26,431 nt of DNA from an uncultured Syntrophaceae bacterium (lineage in GTDB: Bacteria; Desulfobacterota; SM23-61), in NCBI GenBank assembly GCA_964421095.1, contig CAYQWO010000007.1, positions 1 to 26,431 on the forward strand, read 5' to 3'. The translations under genes and the position numbers were made by a program. The notes beneath the pieces were generated by a model. That model did not search any database. It saw only the letters and a list, made by a program, of their open reading frames with translations, and was not told the origin of the DNA. Shown one piece after another: positions 24,496-26,431 of this stretch (position 1 is the first letter of the stretch; each line of letters begins with the position of its first letter).

Positions 24496-26430
24496 ATGGG
24501 TATGGCCGAGATAAAAAAAATTCCGCGGCTGAATACCTTTTGGCATATTATTTTTGTTCTCTTTTCCATAATTGGCATTGGGCTGGCGGTCAATCAACTG
24601 TTCAGGCTGGAGCTATTTGGGTTTGCCCCGATCGATACTTCTTACTTTTACTTGATCCTGGCTTTTTATCTACCTGGTTCCTTTCTCCTCTACCCTGCGG
24701 GCTCATCCACCAGGGCCAAGCGAGTGCCCTGGTATGATGCCGGGCTCTTTCTGCTTAGTCTTATCATTGGAATATATTTTGCCCTTCACGGCCTGGATAT
24801 TATCGAATTAGGTTGGGAATACACTGCTCCTTTCACGCCCACCATTTTCAGTGTCTTGCTCTGGATTTTCGTTTTGGAAGCAGTGCGGCGGTCCACCGAT
24901 ATTTACTTGACGGTCGTATGTCTGGTTTTTTCGCTCTATCCCCTGTTTGCCTTTTATCTGCCGGGCTTCTTGCAAGGACAGTCCTACGATTTTTTTACTA
25001 CCGCCCGGCTGCATTCTATGGGCCGGAATGGGATCATTGGCATTCCTCTGGATGTCGTATGTACCCTTTTGATTGGTTTTATGGTTTTTGGAATTGTGTT
25101 GCAGGGGACCGGCGGCGGAACCTTCTTCTTTAAGTTAGCCCAGTCTCTATTGGGTCATACCCGAGGAGGGGCGGCCAAGATTAGCATATTGGCCAGCGCC
25201 TTTTTTGGCATGATCAGCGGCAGTACCACCTCCAATACGCTCACGATTGGTTCCATGACCATCTCGGCCATGAAAACCACGGGGTTCCCGGCCCATTACG
25301 CTGCGGCCATTGAAGCCTGTGCCTCGACCGGCGGACCGATCATGCCTCCGGTGATGGGGGCGGCAGCTTTCATTATGGCCTCCTTTCTCAACCAATCTTA
25401 TGCTTATGTGTGCATCGGAGCATTTATCCCGGCCTGTCTTTATTATTTAGGCCTTTTTATTCAGGTGGACGGTTTTTCAGCAAAGGCCAACCTGAAGGGG
25501 CTGCCCAAAGAGGAACTGCCCTCCTTTTGGGGAACTTTGAAGGATGGCTGGTTTTATATTTCGGTGATCGTTATATTGGTGTATCTATTGCTGACTCTAC
25601 ATCTTGAGGCGCGGGCCCCCTATTATGCGAGTGCCGCCCTGGTCGTGCTTTCGATGTTGAAAAAGGAAACTCGCTTGACCTGGATAAAAGCGATTGATTT
25701 GATCGCAGATATCGGCAAAGTGGTGACTCAACTTGTGGCCATATTAGCTGCGGCGGGACTCATCATCGGAGGTCTTTCGATCACCGGGGTGGCCTTGGCT
25801 TTTTCCAGGGAGCTGGTCGGGGCCGTAGGCAACAACCTATTCCTCATTCTGCTGATGGGGGCTTTTTCGAGTTTTGTGTTAGGCTTGGGGATGACGATCA
25901 CGGCCTGCTATATTTTCCTGGCCATTGTCATGGTCCCGGCACTCATCACCCTGGGGCTGGACCCTCTGGCGGCGCACTTATTTGTATTCTACTGGGGGGT
26001 TTTGTCCGAGATCACCCCCCCGGTTGCGCTGTGCGTGAGTGCCGCTTGCGGGCTGGCGGGTTCTAATTTTATGCAGACGGGATGGACTGCTATGAGACTC
26101 GGGGCCATTAAATACATCATTCCCTTCTTTTTCGTTTACAATCCCGCCTTGTTGACCCATGCCGTATGGTGGCAAGTTTTGCTTTATACCTTTTTTGCGG
26201 TGGTTGGCATCTTTTATCTGGGGTCTGCGTTAGAGGGCTATCTTTGGGGAGTCGGAAACTTAGGTTTGATCCCCCGTATTCCCTTGATTATCGGAGGCCT
26301 GTTAACGGCGTTCCCTGAAATCATAACCACCCTGATCGGGATCCTAATTCTCGCAATTGTTAACATCCTACTCCTATTGCTGAGCAGGCAGAAAAAGAAG
26401 GCATTGATGTCTTCTATGAACCTTTCTTGA
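24496..26430 (+). CDS. TRAP transporter fused permease (4TM/12TM, TAXI-associated)
   Basis: GIIGIPL, GGAAK, GMISGS, EACASTGGPIMPPVMGAAAF, LGLGM, SEITPPVAL; stop codon at 26428-26430. Confidence 0.93.
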   Translation: MGMAEIKKIPRLNTFWHIIFVLFSIIGIGLAVNQLFRLELFGFAPIDTSYFYLILAFYLPGSFLLYPAGSSTRAKRVPWYDAGLFLLSLIIGIYFALHGLDIIELGWEYTAPFTPTIFSVLLWIFVLEAVRRSTDIYLTVVCLVFSLYPLFAFYLPGFLQGQSYDFFTTARLHSMGRNGIIGIPLDVVCTLLIGFMVFGIVLQGTGGGTFFFKLAQSLLGHTRGGAAKISILASAFFGMISGSTTSNTLTIGSMTISAMKTTGFPAHYAAAIEACASTGGPIMPPVMGAAAFIMASFLNQSYAYVCIGAFIPACLYYLGLFIQVDGFSAKANLKGLPKEELPSFWGTLKDGWFYISVIVILVYLLLTLHLEARAPYYASAALVVLSMLKKETRLTWIKAIDLIADIGKVVTQLVAILAAAGLIIGGLSITGVALAFSRELVGAVGNNLFLILLMGAFSSFVLGLGMTITACYIFLAIVMVPALITLGLDPLAAHLFVFYWGVLSEITPPVALCVSAACGLAGSNFMQTGWTAMRLGAIKYIIPFFFVYNPALLTHAVWWQVLLYTFFAVVGIFYLGSALEGYLWGVGNLGLIPRIPLIIGGLLTAFPEIITTLIGILILAIVNILLLLLSRQKKKALMSSMNLS

Positions 26431-26431
26431 G

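Overview
A 26.4-kb, gene-dense catabolic region with no RNA genes, CRISPR arrays or transposases. Gene content and REP-like repeats suggest an anaerobic Deltaproteobacteria/Desulfobacterota-type genome (inference). Two gene trains diverge from a ~640-bp intergenic region (13132-13767). Leftward (- strand): acyl-CoA carboxyltransferase, DctPQM TRAP transporter, MFS, PcaB/adenylosuccinate-lyase-like lyase, TctB-TctA-TctC tripartite tricarboxylate transporter, then a split B12-dependent acyl-CoA mutase (large + small subunit). Rightward (+ strand): family III CoA-transferase, a second split B12 mutase (large + small), a LivKHMGF-type ABC transporter, MFS and a TAXI-TRAP system. Both mutase large subunits keep the carboxylate-binding Tyr/Gln/Arg of methylmalonyl-CoA mutase (MCM), but their substrate pockets are remodelled in different ways. 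The carboxyltransferase also has an unusual specificity loop. The best reading is an uncharacterised pathway for uptake, CoA activation, carbon-skeleton rearrangement and decarboxylation of substituted succinates larger than methylmalonate/succinate (inference). Non-coding features include a 302-bp fold-back element with perfect 19-bp terminal inverted repeats in the leader of the rightward operon, a TTCGAA-rich palindromic repeat and several REP-like hairpins. Reference residue numbers (P. freudenreichii MutB, S. coelicolor PccB) are recalled and aligned by eye, so they need confirming by alignment.
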